Below are positions 61,660 to 64,000 of a stretch of DNA of 64,000 nucleotides, piece by piece (the stretch's first letter is position 1; each line of letters begins with the position of its first letter). The stretch spans positions 60,202,001-60,266,000 of the forward strand of contig OZ024746.1 of NCBI GenBank assembly GCA_964016885.1, read 5' to 3'. Source of the DNA: Eledone cirrhosa. Taxonomy: Eukaryota. The position numbers and the translations under genes were made by a program. Below the pieces are notes generated by a model that ran no database searches, was not told the DNA's origin, and saw nothing but the letters and a program-made list of their open reading frames with translations.

Positions 61660-64000
61660 TAACTTTGAATAACTTTGAAATGTTTTGGCCAGTATTGGCC
61701 CAGGCCATGTCTAACTTAATAGCACCACCTGGCGAAGTCTTTCAATTCAGGATTTGGGCACCATGGCCCATTCGAGAAGAGAATTACTGTTTGCGGAGAC
61801 ATATCCGGGTGTGGGTGGTTTGTCCGGGATTACTTGGAGGAATTTGTCCAAAGACTTCTTGAATTTTGTGTGGTCAGTTTCTGTTTTGACGTGTCCTGGT
61901 GTGATGTTGAAGAGAGCAGGGCCGATTGAGGTGAAATAATTGTGCCGTATTGTTGTTATGAGTTGCGATTTAGATTTTTGAATGGGACGGTTAGCACGGG
62001 GCCCAAGCCTTGGGTGTATCTTGAAGGCGATGCCAACATCATTTGGGCAGTGATGATGGAACATTTTCCACATCATGCAGATAATATAACGCTCACGGCG
62101 ACGTTGGAGTGAGTAAAGTTTCAGGTTTTCCAATCGACCCCAGTAGTCAAGGTCTGACATGCCATCTATCTTTTTCGTGATTGCCCTTTGAGGAGCTTCA
62201 AGTTTCATGATACTTTGTTTCGTGTGGGGAGACCACAGTGGACAACAGTATTCAAGGTGTGGTCGGGCGAAAGTAGAGAAGAGAAGGATAATGGTGCGGG
62301 AATCTCTCGACTGGAAGGTTCTGAGGATCCAGGAACACATTCTGCGGGCCATGTCAACTTTGCTGCTTATATGCGTGGTCCAGCTTATGTTGCTGTCCAC
62401 GGTTACTCCCAAGTCTCTGATGTTGTTAGATGCCACGAGAGTTTCCCCGGAGGGAAGGGAGTACGGGAGTTTCAGAGCATCCTCTTTTCCAAAGTGGATC
62501 AGTTCGAATTTGTCTTCGTTCAGTAACATGTTGTTCTTTTCTGCCCATTGGGTAACAGCCAGTAGGTCTGACTGAAGGCTTATCCGGTCATCCACGCCAT
62601 TGATGACCTTTTGGAGCTTGGAATCATCAGCGAAAATTTTAATGTTGCTGTGTTTGATGATGTCAGTGATGTCATTAATATAGATGATGAAGAGAAGTGG
62701 GCCCAACACAGTGCCTTGTGGGACTCCACTACTGACTTTGGCTGGGCTTGATTTGACTCCCTCAACTACAACATGTTGGGTTCTGTTTGACAGGAAGCTC
62801 TTGATCCACTGCAGCAGCTTTCCAGTGACACCAATATTGGACAGCTTTCTCAGTAGAATGTTATGATCAACCCTGTCAAAGGCCTTGCTGAAATCAAGGT
62901 AGATAACATCAGTGTTGGAACCCTCTCCCAAGGCTCTCAAAATGTCATCAAAGTGATGCAGTAGTTGCGTCAGGCAATCCCTTCCATTACGGAATCCATG
63001 CTGGTTGGAGTTCAGCATATTGTTACTCTCAAGGAAGTGGGTCATTCGCGATCTCACCACTCGCTCAAATACCTTAATGATATGAGAGGTGAGTGAGATT
63101 GGACGGTAATTCACGGCAAGGGATTTGTTTCCCTTTTTGAAAACTGGGACAACAGACTGGGATAGAAGGTTTTCTGGCACATATCCAGCATCCAGTGAGT
63201 TCCGCCACAGATTGGCAAGAGGAGAAGCAAGTTGGTGTTGACACGCCTTCAAGACACAAGCAGGGAACCTATCGGGACCTACTGCTGAATTATGCTTGAT
63301 TTCCTTTATTGCCGCCAAGACATCAGGGGCGCCAAACGTTATGTCCGATAAGGTGTAATGGGGAGTAACATCGCCGATACAGCCCAGATCGGCCATATCA
63401 GGATTGCTGAAAACAGAGCAGTATTGTTTCTGCAGTATCTCACCCATGGTTTTAGCATTGTCTTGAAGAGTGCCATTTTCATCAATTAGAGGGCCAACAG
63501 TAGAGCCAGTGATTTTGTGTTTTTTTGCAAATGAAAAGAACACTTTGGGATTGAGTTTGATCTTCTCAATGGCCCAGGCCTCTTCAGCTCTTCTCTGATT
63601 GTTGATGAGGGACATTATGTTGTTTTGGAGGTTATGTTTTTAATCTCTAGTGATGAAATGGCAGTCAAGTTGATGTGTTGCTGCTGACAGTATTTCAGCT
63701 TGTTGATTTTTTTGTTCGTTCTCTTAATTTTTCTGATGAGTGTTTTTCTATTTCTAGGGATTCTGCTCTTAGATTTGTTTATAGTTCTTAATGGGGTGTG
63801 TTTAGCACATATGTTTGTAACAGTGTCCACAAATGTCTGCCAGGACTTTTTGATGTTAGTGGGTGTATGAGTGTGCGTGAAGGACCAGTCGACATGTGCA
63901 AGATCATGACTGATCGCTTCCCAGTTTGCATTGTGGAAATCCATAGCGTCAAACGGATGGACAGGAGAAATGACATTGGGTTTGTATATTGGACGGTGGA
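61660..64000 (-). mobile_element. CR1/L2-group LINE running off the window
   Basis: ORF 61747-63615 with YLDFSKAFD, GVPQG, FADD; frameshift near 63620; short 3' UTR ending (TTCAAAGTTA)2 at (TA)n. Confidence 0.92.

Overview
AT-rich, repeat-dominated eukaryotic DNA, probably from a cephalopod such as Octopus (inferred from SINE style and microsatellite load, not proven). The one recognisable host gene piece is BCL7 coding exon 1 (46704-46795, +); no exon 2 was seen, so intron 1 appears to run off the window. Most long ORFs in the supplied track are artefacts of (TA)n/(TATG)n tracts. The real content is RTE- and CR1-type LINEs, tRNA-derived SINEs, a mariner MITE, a non-autonomous Helitron and many Penelope-like elements (PLEs). 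The main signal is a (TA)n-associated hammerhead-ribozyme (HHR) retroelement system with four parts. (i) Three different non-coding tandem arrays (638, 310 and 466 bp units) carry one type I HHR per complete unit and look like retrozymes; one array starts exactly at its predicted cleavage site, and two lie sense in the BCL7 intron. (ii) HHRs sit at the 3' ends of most PLEs. (iii) A recurring fold-back design has one arm with a short extra tail and one without, at sizes from about 0.2 to 13 kb. (iv) A 13-kb PLE carries five younger PLE-type insertions nested in the microsatellites of its own 3' UTR. All RNA folds were read by eye and are untested.
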